A stretch of 64,000 bases of DNA. Source: Owenia fusiformis. Taxonomy: Eukaryota. This document shows positions 13,901 to 28,900 of the stretch, one piece after another. The stretch lies in assembly GCA_903813345.2 (NCBI GenBank), contig CAIIXF020000001.1:38750001-38814000 (forward strand), written 5' to 3'. Numbering within the stretch: the stretch's first letter is position 1; every line of letters begins with the position of its first letter. Made by a program: the position numbers and the translations under genes. The notes under the pieces were generated by a model, which saw nothing but the letters and a program-made list of their open reading frames with translations, was not told the DNA's origin and did not search any database.

Positions 13901-16900
13901 ATAAAAGTTTAATTACTCCTCACTTCATTTAATCAGATATCCCAATTATCCTTCCATCAATAAATAAAATTAGGATTGTAAGGAAAACATTGGCATGATT
14001 TTTAAAATGATTCTTTAAACACTCTCTATACTTTCTTCTTCCTTTAAGTAATTAACATGGACATAGTCATATTTTTTTACATGCAGAAATATACAACTGA
14101 GATACATGGGATCAAACATACAATGCATTTCATAAAGCAAGCCTCTAAGTACTGTATTCTATAAAGGTAAGTATTAATAGGACTTATATATATCTTGCTA
14201 AAGATACATCAGCACAATTTTTTTTAGAAATTAGTGAGAACATTTGCAGGTGTTCACATCATTCTTTAGCGTGGTGACTACACGTCTATTCAGCTTTCTA
14301 CTCTAAGCTTGTGATTAGGAAATTACATGTACCTCATCTATAATTGATTCTACAAGCACACTGCTTATGCATTATAACAAGAACACACAAATTCAAAATG
14401 AATGTGTATTTAAAATGTGCAGCATATTGTCTAACTTAAATTATTTTAATAATATCCTTCATAAAGCAATGAAGATTTAATTTAGACAAAGATACAAAAA
14501 TAAATATGTGACTGATTATTGGAGATTTTTCACTATTCTCAAAAGCTTTTTATGAAATGCACAGATTGCTTGAAGCCTTAAACTTGGTCAGTAACACAGC
14601 ATAGTTGATATACTTATACAACATATGGCAGATATTATATCTAGTAATGTACCCAACTGCCGAGAAATTAAGAATTTTGGAGGGCAATATCGTACTGATC
14701 TTTTCAGCACAGACATTTTCATGTTGTGTTTATCACCAAAGAAAGAAAACGCAGACAAAATATGTGAGATACAATTTCAAAATTTTGAAATGATGTTTAA
14801 CCTGTATACAACACAGATATGCAAGTAAAATTGCACTTTTTATTGATGATGTTACAAACAGCGACTATCAAAACAGCAAATCCAAAACAAAACATTTTAA
14901 ATCAATCATCATTTTGAACATTTCAAGGTAGTATTTCCCTAATAAATCTACACCAATGAAATGACATGTCACCTATTATATTTCTTCTGAAAAGGTGGGC
15001 ATTTTGAATTTAACATTCATCTATCCTATGCCCTTATGGTATCAGCATATAAAATCTTAATCAAAGATGATACCCATTTTGAATTCAATGGCCACCTTGG
15101 CCAGAGGTTCTGTCTCCTTAAGGATTCAGCATATAAAATTTGAACTAAATCCATCAATTATTTGAGGTATCAAGGATACTTTAATGAACAATGGTGGCCA
15201 TAATGGAAAATCCTTCTTGAATAGAGGTGCAATGCCCATAGATAAATAAATGCCCATAAAACCAACATCCTATACAATTTGAACACCATCCGCCAGCCAG
15301 TATCCGAGTTATGCTCAAGACAGAAAAACAAACGGATGAGCAAACAAACTAATGAATGGACTGGCAGCTTTTCTAGATCCCTTCTGAACCTTCTTTAATG
15401 GGATAAATGTATATACCCTTCACTAGTAAATTATATATATGATCTTGTATCTTAAAATTGGCCTATAAGATCAGACGAAACGTTAACATGTAAAATGTCA
15501 CCACCTGCCATTTGTTACAGATGCCAAATGCCAACCGCTGAACACTGTCCACAAAGAAATTGGTGACCACGACAATTTGTCATGATGGTGACAGTGACAC
15601 AACAAAAAATTAGGAAATGTTCAAAGGGAGGTGTCCAGCATAGAGGCTCAAAAAAGTAAAAAACATGGTCATATAAAATACCCATTGTATTATACACATA
15701 TTTTGTCTGATTTATCTGCTAGTTTAAATCACCTTGATCATGTCAACATCTAGATGGAGCTATTGTGCAAATGAAAAATCACAAATTACAAATTAGACTA
15801 AACAACACATCACAGATTCAGACCAAATGGTCTCTGATGCATCAAGTGTGAAATATTTTGGAAGTAGATTAATTCAGGTTTGCTTATTTCATGCTATTTA
15901 CAACATATAACACTGTACCTAAGTAAAAAAGTATTAAGCATGAAGAGCATTAAAACACAATCACTAACAAGGACAATGAAAATATACATTGTATGAACAT
16001 GCTCAGGCGTTAAGTAAGTGCATTTGAAATAAAATGATTGATCATGCATTATTGCACTATAAAGTAAATATCTAGAAAAATATCAGCGTAGAATAATACT
16101 GATTAGGTGATATTTCAGCTTTACTATGGTAATAGCTGCTTGATAGAATGAAGGCAATTTTACGAACCTTGCCCTGCACTTTGCCACCAAATGTGGACCT
16201 TGCGTGGTAGACTACAATTGTCACATCCCCACCAACTGATACATTCAAGGGAATAGTGGCCTTTCTATCCTCTATCTGATAACCACTGAAAAAGATCAGA
16301 AACATAAATACATGTCTTATTTTAGTTTTTTTAATTTCAATATCATATACAAAATTTCTTTATTTTTGAAATTAGGTGTACAAAAAACTGTACATGAAAA
16401 GAAATCCCATCAAAATGACAGAAATTCAAAGGTTTAAAAATTAAAAGACCAAAAGTCTCAAACATTTTTCAAAGTCATGACATGGGCTTTCAAAAGATAA
16501 TATTTGGATGATTGAACAATATTTTCAAACTTGGCATTGGGCCAGTCTCTCAAACTCTAGAACACCCAAAGTTTACTGACATTTCTTCCAATACGATTGG
16601 TATAAAACAATTTGTTTAGCACAATTAACACATCAACTCTTAGTAATAAAAAACAAGAACTTGTTTTTACTGTAAGGAGTATATTGCTAATTACATCATA
16701 GGGATAATATTTCCTGTTCCACAAGGATCCAAATATGGGATTAATAAGGAAGAGGTGCGTTTAATGGCAAATACCCCTTTGGTCAAAATGAATCATTCTT
16801 AGGTGTAAAATGAAGAATAGAATGCCATATAAATCTTTGGAAAATATTAAAGTGCTTGGGCACACATAGGCTGAGATAGGGCCATTTAGTTCAGTAAGGT

Positions 16901-19900
16901 TGTATTGACTTACATGGGGCTGTGCATCATTGACCATGAGGATATCAGCAGATAGAGGCCATTGGTTTCCATTGATTATCACAAAAATACCAAAAATTCA
17001 CTATGACCTGAATTGATTGCAAACTTAATAATTTCACAATATGACACAGATGGTTTATCTTATCAAATGTGCAAATATGAAGTTTGCAATCGATTCAGGT
17101 CATACTTTAAATTAAAAGATTGTACATTTTTTCATCGTTTTTTCCCTACAAAATGGCTCTAGAAAAATGCTCCAAAAGCAATTTTTACACTTCAATATAA
17201 TACAAGTTTGTAAAACCAAAGATTATACAATTATATTTCATTATTTAGTAACATATTTGGATAAGATGTAGGGATGCGTAGGATGCAGATGGATTTTGAT
17301 AAGCATAAAAATACTTCCTGGTTTGGAATCTATGCCTCTACACTTCATGATTGAATTTTGACTCTAATAAGTGGCCTATACATCAATACAGTGCTGAATA
17401 TAGGTCAACAAGATACTAGTGTACATATACTGTAAATGTAATAATAAAAGCAATATATCCATTTTGAAAAATCAGATGAATTTATTTTTGTTCATGGGGA
17501 GATCATAATCACAGGGGATAAGCAAAACGAGGGCGAAGCCACGGACTGCGACTCGCGTAATTCAAAACGAGGTTACAACGCATTATAGCTGAACAATGGC
17601 GGTAAGTCCAAACTTAATTTGGAAGGCATGTTAGGATTTGGGGTAGATTATTGGTTTGGATATTCTACAGAATAGCTAGTATGTTCCAGTCGGTGATCAA
17701 CATATTCATACTCCATCTGCAATGGCATTCTTGGTGCTCGGCTGTCCAATAGTTTAGCATGAACACAAATGAATTCGAAATCTGCCACAAAAAATGTAAT
17801 TTTGTCAATATTTGTCCCTAATATACCGATTTAAACAAAGCAATCAGAAATGACATCGAATTAATATAATTATTCATGTTCTGTTGTTACAATTACATCT
17901 TCGTGTGATATTTGGTAAGCGGAAAACGTACAATTACATAGGAAATTGGAATTTATAATAGTCGCAGTCCATCCATCTGCCCAACGCAGTCCGCGACTCA
18001 GTGTTGCTTTATATCTGAAGCTGAACGCAATCACAGACAAAGATAGATAGCACAATGTGTGTACAGGTGTGGCCGAAATGGAGCAACTTTGGACAAAATT
18101 GAATATAAAGGGCTATTTTGATAAACCTACATCGTGTCACAAACCATTTAGGCCATCAGCCTGGGGGGTTGGTCGGTATCAAATTAGGGGAATAATCGCC
18201 ATAGTGATTTTTGGGAAGATTAAGACCTCAAAAGTAAGAAAATATGTGATAGCATTGTAACAGTTGTAGCTAAATGGGTGTTATCACCCATTTTTCAAAA
18301 TGGCCGCTGGTGCACGTGTCACAATATAAGAGTGGGTTTATCTAAGCACACTGAGATGCAAAAACTGTGATTTTAGGACCTGTGTCAAGGTTTTAGGGGT
18401 CAAGGATTTCATTTATGTTTAAATCTAAGTCATCAAATAATTGTTTCTTACAGAAATCCAAGATGGCTGCCAAAATGGGTGCAGAAACGAATATGTAACT
18501 ACTGTTAATGCTCAAGAAACACTTAAGAACAGTGATTTTGGACCCCATGTCTACATTTAGGGGTCAAGGATTTTATTTATGTCTAAATCTGAGTTATCAG
18601 ATAATTACTTTTCATAGAAATCCAAGATGGCCGCCAAAATGGATGCCAAATCAAATATGTAACTATTGATTTAAGCTCAAGGAACAGTTAAAACAGTGAT
18701 TTTGGAGATCACATCTGGGTTTTAAGGGTCAAGGATTTGACTTATGTCTAAATCTAAGTCATCAAACAATTACTTTAAATAAAAATTCCAAGATGGCCAC
18801 CAAAATGGGTGCCAAAATGAATATTAAACTATTGATTTAAGCTCAGAGAACAGTTAAGAACAGTGATTTTGGAGCACATGTCTGCGTTTTAGGGGACAAG
18901 AATTTCATCTATGTCTAAATCTGAATCATCAAACAATTACTTCATATAGAAATCCAAGATGGCCACCAAAATGGGTGCCAAAATGAATATTTAATTGATT
19001 GATTAAAAGCTCAAAGAACAGTTGAGAACTGTGATTTTTGAGACAATGTCTAGGTTAAAACGGTCAAGGATTAGACTTTTGTCTAAATCTAAGTCATCAA
19101 ACAATTACTTTATGCAGAAATCCAAGATGGCCATCAAAATGAGTGCCAAAATGAATATTTAACTATTGATTTTAGCTCAAAGAACAGTTAAGAACAGTGA
19201 TTTCGGAGACAATGACTAGGTTTTAGGGGTCAAGGGTTTCATTTATGTCTAAATCTGAGTCATCAAACAATTGCTTTTCCTAGAAATCCAAGATGGTCAC
19301 CAAAATAGGTGCCAATAACAAGTAAATGTTGATTTAAGCTCAAAGAACAGTTTATAACAGTAATTTGAGACCATGTCAAGATTTTTGGTGTCAAGAATTT
19401 CAGTTATGTCTACAACTATAATTACTTCCTTTATTTGGATCCAAGATGGCTTCCAACATTGCTGCCGAAGTGAAAATAAGATTAATCATCTAAACATATA
19501 GAGGAGTTAGAACATTAATTTTGTCTTTAATAAAATGAACAAATATTTTATTTATATGGGTATCCAAGATGGCCTCCAAAATGGCTGCCAAAATGAATTC
19601 ATATAACTATCCATTTAACCACATAGATCACCAAGAACAATAATTTGGGAAGCAATGTTTACTTTAAGGAAGTCATGAATTTCATGAATCTGTGATTAAT
19701 ATCAGAATTCAAGATGGATGTCAAAGTGATAATATTATGCAGCCATTTTGGTGGCCATCTTGGATATCAAAATAAAGGAATTATTTTATGACTTAATTCA
19801 AAATTGAAATTCTTGGCCAAAATCACTGTCCTTACCTATTCTTTGAGCTTAGATCAAAAGTTACATATTCATTTCAGCACCCATTTTGGTGGCCATCTTG

Positions 19901-22900
19901 GATTTCTATAAAAAGTAGTTATTTGATTACTTAGATTTAGACATTTAATGAAATCTTTGGCCCCTACAAAATAGACAGAGTCTCTAAAATTACTGTTCTT
20001 AACTGTTATTTCACCTTAAATCAATAGTTACATATTCATTTTGGCATACATTTTGGTGGCCATCTTGGATTTCTATAAAAAGTAATTGTTTGATGACTTA
20101 GATTTAGACATAAGTCTAATCCTTGACCTTTTAAACCTAGACATTGTCTCAAAAATCACTGTTCTCAACTGTTCTTTGAGCTTAAATCAATCAGTTAGAT
20201 ATTCATTTTGGCACCCATTCTGGTGGCCATCTTGTATTTCTATGAAAAGGTAATTATTTGATGACTCCCATTTAGACATAAATGAGATCCTTGACTCTGG
20301 AACCGTGACATGATCTCCAAAATCACTGTTCTTAACTGTTCTATGAGCTTAAATCAATGGTTACATACCGGTATTCGTTTTGGGACCCATTTTGGTGGCC
20401 ATCTTGGATTTCTATAAGAAGTAATTGTTTGATGACTTAGATTTTGGCATAAATGAAATCATTGACCCCTAAAACCTAAATGTAGGCCCTAATATCACAG
20501 TTTTTGCATCTGTATACTTAGATATACCCACTCTTATATTGTAACACGTGCACTGGCGGCCATTTTGAAAAATGGGTGATAACACCCATTTAGCTACAAC
20601 TGTTGCAATGCTATCACATATTTTCTTACTCTAGAGGTCTTAACCTTCCCAAAAATCACTATGGCGATTATTCCCCTGATTTGATACCGATAACCTAAAT
20701 TTGGGGGTGAAGCTGATGGCCTAATTCTGCAAATATATACAAGCTGTCAAATACAGCTGAAATCATGAATTTATGGTAGCTAGCAATATTGATGGACTGT
20801 TGGAAAGATCATCCAAAATTACATTAACTCACCAACTCTCCAATTATTTGATATTTTCCTGATATCTTAAATACTAGTTAATGTACCCTTCCCCAACAGC
20901 TTTTATTGCATCATCAAAAAGTTAATTGTTTCGCATTTCTACTTCTTATAAAAAGTCTCACCACTATCCAATTATCCATATATTTAACCCTATCCACAAA
21001 TTGGTTTGTAATAAACATATTACGTTGTCATCTTGCGCTCGACTGTTCTGCCAAATACGCTATTGAATTGCCATATTTCTAGGTCTTAAACGATACAATA
21101 TAGCAATTTGGGACATTGATTCAGGTAATAGATATATGTTAATCAACGTAACTTTGAATGATAATCTTGATGCTGACTTTCTTTTCCTGAAACAATAATA
21201 GCGTAGGAATATAGTTTACACTATCTTATTTATTTCGTGTTCGCGGCTGGACTGCGTTACTTAGAATATCAATGGAGGCTGTGTTGCGTTGTTGAAATAG
21301 CTTTGTTTACTGGACTGCGTCCACTATGAATGCGCAGTTTGAATCTAATTTTCTCCTCATGAACACATTCTATTATCAAATCATTTTCACGAATTATACT
21401 CGGAGCCTCAACTAACCTTTAGATATCAGAAACGTGTTAAAACTCCTTTCAAATGTATAGTAAATTAAATAATATGCACATATTTTACAGGTAAAATCAG
21501 AACTTTGCTACTGTTTTAGCTTGATCTGGACAACTGCTTATTTTCTTATCTACAGACCAACAGTAGATACAGAGTAATATCTTGGTCACCGATTAGACAC
21601 TACGATAGCATTTAAAATACATGGATTTCTCTATTTTGTCGGAAGAAGCAGAAGGCACTGCCGGATGTCCCTCCATTTTGGCGCTGGGCTGCGGTGTAAA
21701 GTTACGCGAGTCGCAGTCCGTGGCTTCGCCCTCGTTTTGCTTATCCCCCGTGATAATGGAGGGTGCACTAGATCCTTTCCAAAACTGAATGACAGGATTT
21801 CTTTATTTGTGCACACTAATAACTAATTTAACTTTTAGAAAATCAAAATCAAAGGTCATATCAATGATTTCAAGCAAAATGAATTTTTGTGTGTTTTGTT
21901 TAATATCTTATTGAAAGGCTAGAAGTAATTCTCATCCTAAAATATCTTCACCTAGCATAGGCTAGCAAGCAAGTTTCAAAGAGAACTAAATTTTCAAAGT
22001 TGATAAACACTTTTTAAAACACATTTCAGATGTAATTTTCCATTTAGATTTCAAATATGATATCACTTTGACTGAATTTTGAATTTTAAATGACGTAAAT
22101 CAAAATTATTTCTACTTGCATTTTGTCTATTTTGATATTAAATCACAATCTGCATGTCAACAAGATCATTTAGTTACATTCCAAGGGTTTTACATCAATC
22201 CAATTGGAAATACTTATAAATCAAGAAATTAACTGACTTTTTGCAAATTGTCTCCATATCATGAATAGTATTCTGGCCCTACAAACACATGTTGCCATCC
22301 ATTTATAATGGTCCATTGATTCACTTTCTAAACAAACCATTTTTTCAAAACTACAGATAAATTTCAGGTCCAAGTTTAAGGATGAGAATTACAACTATTG
22401 TGTAAGTGGTATTTAATCCGAGTGGTAAGTTTGCCGAACGGTCAAATTTTATCATTTTCCCAATGACAAGAAACTTTCCATTCGATACCATTATGAAGAT
22501 GATATTTCCGACATTTAATTTTCTGAACCTGGCAAAAATATGAAGACAATATTTGCGTCATATAATTTTCTGAACCTGGCAAAAATTAGGCAATAGGAAA
22601 ATTAAATGATGAGGCAAAATTACCACTTATACAGTATTGTCCCTTTACTGGTAATTACGAACAACAAACTTCAACAAATACATGAGAAATGCCATTACAT
22701 GGTATGATTTGTAATCCAAAGAATGTGGAATACTAACGCAATGAAAAACTCATTTTTCAAAGGTGTGATACCAAAAGATATGTCTTGTTTAAGCTGAACT
22801 CTCATCAAATCATTGCTCCCAATTACGTCCTCTCAGAAAAAAAAAATCTACTAATTAAACTTATTATCAGGCTTCTTCAAGTAAATGAGACACCATTCAT

Positions 22901-25900
22901 ATATAGCAATGTCATTCCTCACTACTGCATGATTAAAAACATTCAAAAGATGGCAGACCAGCTTTAACTGTGGAATTGAATGAAAAATGCTACTCAATTT
23001 GATGTGTCAGTTTTCAGGGTTTTTCTGGCAAATAAGCATATGGAAAAGTAGCAGTAGCTTTATCCTCTGTTATTCTGACTTAAATAATATTAGCTTGAAT
23101 TACTGAGGCTTTAAATGATGTAGAAAACACCACAAGAGCTCACCCTCAATGACAGGATTGAGTGTGTAAAAGCAATATATTGGAAGCAATATTTTCAAAA
23201 TACACCTCCATCTCATTATTCAAAAGGCTCATTTCATCATCATTTCATGCCATTTAATAAAAACTGCTCATGTAACCAGTATAAACGATTGGTTTTTAAC
23301 TTACACCATCCTCTCATACTCCTGTGAAGTTGTCAGCACTCTGTTGTCTTCCACATACACCTCAACAAATGGTCTGCACCCATTTCTGAAAGATAACAGA
23401 TACCATTTCAAAGCTTGAAATACATTGCCAACCAAGGGTTACTGAAAGATAACACATAACATTTCATAGCTCGAAATACATTGCCAACAAAGGGTTACTG
23501 AAATGTGCTGAAATATGTTTTATATATGTATCATTATTGGACTTCCTCTTTACATATACACAAACTTTGTTCATTGGGATAATAAAGTAGAAATGCTACT
23601 AACTTCATGCGGTTAAACACTGGGACAGGGCTGAGAGTAATACAACTGAGCATCACTTGACGGTTGTGCGGTAAGACCTGCTCTTCAGCCACCATCTCAC
23701 TAATGTAATCTATATATCTGCAACATAAATGTACATAAGCAAGAATTATAAAATAAACATTATAAAAGTAATAATTTGAAAATTGCTATTCATCAACGTC
23801 AAGGTTTAAAATATATACCTAACAGGTTTGTATTGCTCATTTACAGAAGCTAGATATGGACAATTAATCTTGGTGTTGATGGATGTTTTCGTGATAAACC
23901 ATGTTAGTTTTCCATAGATGGTCATTATAAACCATATTTTGCAGACACGTAGCCAGGATTTGTCAAGGGGGTTCACTTTCTAAATAAAAATTCCAGGGAG
24001 GTGCACTTTTGACAAATCTGACCCCAAAATGGCCAAAATCACTTGAATAGTGTCAAGAATGATGAAAAAACTGCATGATTTTGAAAGAATTTTTGCACCC
24101 TATTGGACTCTAAAAGTATATTGCGCTGTTAATTAATACATCAAAATTCAGGTAGCATATTCAATATACATAGTTCACTTCCTACCTTTTCTGAGATGGC
24201 AGGATTGATGGATTCATTCGCTTCTGGTTAAACATGTGCATAGCTGAGTTGGCATTATCAAAGAGCTTCAGGAACACAGTGAATGCACCAATCACTGTCG
24301 CAGAGCCTGCTTTACCATCCTACAACAGAACAGAAATGAAATTATTAACATGGTTTTAATTCTTAGCAGTAGAGACTATTCACTGGATTATAAACAGTAG
24401 TCAGGTATTCTTCATTACAGGTTCTTCGGACACACAGCACTTAATGAAGTATCTATAATCAAGTGAATTATGTGTTCAATCCAATCTTCGACAGTGAATT
24501 ACTGCATTACTACAACGTGAAAAATATCACTTTTCAGTCTTGTTCAAGCAAGTGTGCCCTTTCCCCATACACCTCATGCACATGAAGGTGAAGTAAACAA
24601 GATAGATGTACAAGAGGGGAGCTCCTTGATGCAAGAATAAATATCTGGGGACATTGTTTATTTCATAATTTCATATATTGTTTTTATGTAGCTGGATCAA
24701 TCTGGTTTCCTTGGCACTCAGGGTTAGGCAAAAATATATAACTAGTTGACATAACAACTCATGTTTGTTGGCAAATTATATTGATAATAATCTTTATTAC
24801 TATTACATAATAATATTACATAATCTTACACAATAGATTACATAACCATTATGTAACTTTATTTTTGCAATAAAAATTAGTACCGTGGGTACTGGGCTCA
24901 CATGGTCACATTTTTTGCTGATTTTTTGTAACAAAATTATTTCAAGCCATCTGTCTCTCAGTCAATTAAAATGGCTGAAAAAAAAACGGATATAATTTTT
25001 TGCCAATAATTTGTAACAAAATTATTTCATACAACTACTCTTTACAGTGACATGGCTTTTTTTGCAATGCAAAACACCTGAAATTATTTGTAAAGCTAGG
25101 AAATGGGCCAAAATTGAATTTCGCGAGACAAAAATGGCGACCATTTTGAAATCAGGCAAGCTTTTGAACCAGGAGTCAAAGGGGAGTTTTTTGTATTGAT
25201 GTTGAACAAAAATAACTTGAAAATGGAATCCTATCGACAGAGGTTTTAAGCAAATGGTCCAAAAGAGGATTTCGCGAGACAGATGGACAAATCAATGTTA
25301 ACTAAAATGGCTGAAAATAAAAAAAACGGATATAATATTTTGCCGATTTTTTGTAACAAAATTATTTCATACAACTACCTTTTACAGTGACATGGCTTTT
25401 TACAATGCAGGACAGCTGAAATTATTTGTAAAGCTAGGAAATGGGCAAAAAGTGAATTTCGCGAAACAAGAATGGCAACCATTTTGAAAATAGGCAAGCT
25501 TTTGAACCAAGAGTCATAGGAGAGTTTTTTGTATTGATGTTGAACAAAATTAACTTAAAATGGGAATCCTATCGACAGAGGGCTTAAGGTAAATGGTTCA
25601 AAAGTGGATTTTGCGAGACAGATGGACAAATCAATGTTAACTAAAATGGCTGAAAATAAATAAATGGATATAATTTTTCGCTGATTTTTCGTAACAAAAT
25701 TATTTCATACATCTACTCTTTACATTGACATGGACTTTTACAATGTAGGACACTTGAAATTATTTGTAAAGCTAGGAAATGGGTCAAAAGTGAATTTCGC
25801 GAGACAAAAATGGCGGCCATTTTGAAAATAGGTGAGCTTTTGAACCAGGAGTCATAGGGGAGTTTTCTGAATTGATGTTGAACAGAAATAACTTCAAACA

Positions 25901-28900
25901 GGAATCCTATCGACAGAGGTTTTAAAACGTGCCACAGAAAGTGGATTTCGCGAGTCAGATAGACAAATCAATGTTAACTAAAATGGCTGAAAATAAAAAA
26001 ATGGATACAATTTTTCGCTGATTTTTTGTAACAAAATTATTTCATATATCTACCCTTTACATTGACATGGAATTTTACAATGTAGGACACCTGAAATTAT
26101 TTGTAAAGCTAGGAAATGGGTCAAAAGTGAATTTCGCGAGACAAAAGTGACGGCAATTTTGAAAATAGCCGAGCTTTTGAACCAAGAGTCATAGGAGAGT
26201 TTTTTGTATTGATGTTGAACAAAAATAACTTAAAATGGGAATCCTATCGACAGAGGGTTTAAGGTAAATGGTCCAAAAGTGAATTTTGCGAGACAGATGG
26301 ACAAATCAATGTTAACTAAAATGGCTGAAAATAAATAAATGGATATAATTTTTCGCTGATTTTTCGTAACAAAATTATTTCATACATCTACTCTTTACAT
26401 TGACATGGATTTTTACAATGTAGGACACTTGAAATTATTTGTAAAGCTAGGAAATGGGTCAAAAGTGAATTTCGCGAGACAAAAATGGCGGCCATTTTGA
26501 AAATAGGCGAGCTTTTGAACCAGGAGTCATAGGGGAGTTTTCTGAATTGATGTTGAACAGAAATAACTTAAAACAGGAATCCTATCGACAGAGGTTTTAA
26601 AACGTGCCACAGAAAGTGGATTTCGCGAGTCAGATAGACAAATCAATGTTAACTAAAATGGCTGAAAATAAAAAAATGGATACAATTTTTCGCTGATTTT
26701 TTGTAACAAAATTATTTCATATATCTACCCTTTACATTGACATGGATTTTTACAATGTAAGACACCTGAAATTATTTGTAAAGCTAGGAAATGGGTCAAA
26801 AGTGAATTTCGCGAGACAAAAGTGACGGCCATTTTGAAAATGGCCGAGCTTTTGAACCAAGAGTCATAGGAGATTTTTTTGTATTGATGTTGAACAAAAA
26901 TAACTTAAAATGGGAATCCTATCGACAGAGGGTTTAAGGTAAATGGTCCAAAAGTGAATTTTGCGAGACAGATGGACAAATCAATGTTAACTAAAATGGC
27001 TGAAAATAAATAAATGGATATAATTTTTCGCTGATTTTTCGAAACAAAATTATTTCATACATCTACTCTTTACTTTGCAATGGATTTCTACAATGTAGGA
27101 CACTTGAAATTACATGTATATGTAAAGCTAGGAAATGGGTGAAAAGTGAATTTCGCGAGACAAAAATGGCGGCCATTTTGAAAATAGGCGAGCTTTTGAA
27201 CCAGGAGTCATAGGGGAGTTTTCTGAATTCATGTTGAACAGAAATAACTTAAAACAGGAATCCTATCAACAGAGGTTTTAAAACGTGCCACTGTTATTGA
27301 CAGAAAGTGGATTTCGCGAGTCAGATAGACAAATCAATGTTAACTAAAATGGCTGAAAATAAAAAAATGGATACAATTTTTTGCTGATTTTTTGTAACAA
27401 AATTTTTTTTTTTTGAAAATAGCCAAGCTTTTGAACCAAGAGTCATAGGAGAGTTTTTTGTATTGATGTTGAACAAAATAACTTAAAATGGGAATCCTAT
27501 CGACAGAGGGTTTAAGGTAAATGGTCCAAAAGTGAATTTTGCGAGACAGATGGACAAATCAATGTTAACTAAAATGGCTGAAAATAAATAAATGGATATA
27601 ATTTTTCGCTGATTTTTCGAAACAAAATTATTTCATACATCTACTCTTTACTTTGCAATGGATTTCTACAATGTAGGACACTTGAAAGTATATGTAAATG
27701 GGTCAATAGTGAATTTCGCGAGACAAAAATGGCGGCCATTTGAAAATAGGCGAGCTTTTGAACCAGGAGTCATAGGGGAGTTTTCTGAATTCATGTTGAA
27801 CAGAAATAACTTTAAACAGGAATCCTATCGACAGAGGTTTTAAAACGTGCCACTGTTATTGACAGAAAGTGGATTTCGCGAGTCAGATAGACAAATCAAT
27901 GTTAACTAAAATGGCTGAAAATAAAAAAATGGATACAATTTTTCGCTGATTTTTTGTAACAAAATTATTTCATATATCTAATCTTTAGATTGACATGGAT
28001 TTTTACAATGTAGGACACCTGAATTTATTTGTAAAGCTAGGAAATGAGCCAAAAGTGAATTTCGCGAGACAAAAGTGACGGCCATTTTGAAAATAGGCGA
28101 GCTTTTGAACCAGGAGTCATAGGGGGGTTTTCTGTATTGATGTTGAACAGAAATAACTTAAAACAGGAATCCTATCGACAGAGGTTTTAAAACGTGCCAC
28201 TATTGTTGATGGACAGACGGACAGACAGACGGACGGATGGACGGACGCACGCACAGACGGACAAGTGAGTGATTGTAAAAGCTCACCATGTGAGCTATAA
28301 GCAAGCTAGATAAAAATTGAAAAAGTGAGCCAATGTGGCAAATAAAATTTAAGCAACACTCGCAATTCAAATATAAAAAAGAGATGAATTGGCGAATTTT
28401 ACAATTTGCCAAATTAAATCGGACACCAAATTAAGTTGACTTACAGTATTATATAATCATATTTTGATTATTAATATATATCTTGTTTACCATCTGATAT
28501 CAGTAACAGGATACATTAGTCACTTACAACATTATGCAAGTACAAGTTTACTTGTGCAAACAAGGCATTACACAACAATAAAATGCCATTTACAAGTTGA
28601 ATTACTACGTACATTGCCAGGTTGAAATTTACATAAGAATAAGCATTTGCGAAAGATAAAATTATCAAACATAAGTTACAGACTTCTTGGTGGTGATACA
28701 TATTCACAAGTAAAATTATCGACAGAATCTACCAGTAAATCTCCTAATTCCAAGATAAATGAACATTATAAACATAATGTATTTTATCGGGAGATTGTGG
28801 AGTCTAGCCTTTAATAGAGTTTTGGTTATTTGAATTTCCCGCTGGAACTTGAACACATGCCAGGAGCCAATCAATGAGTGGCACACGACGATCAGCCAAT

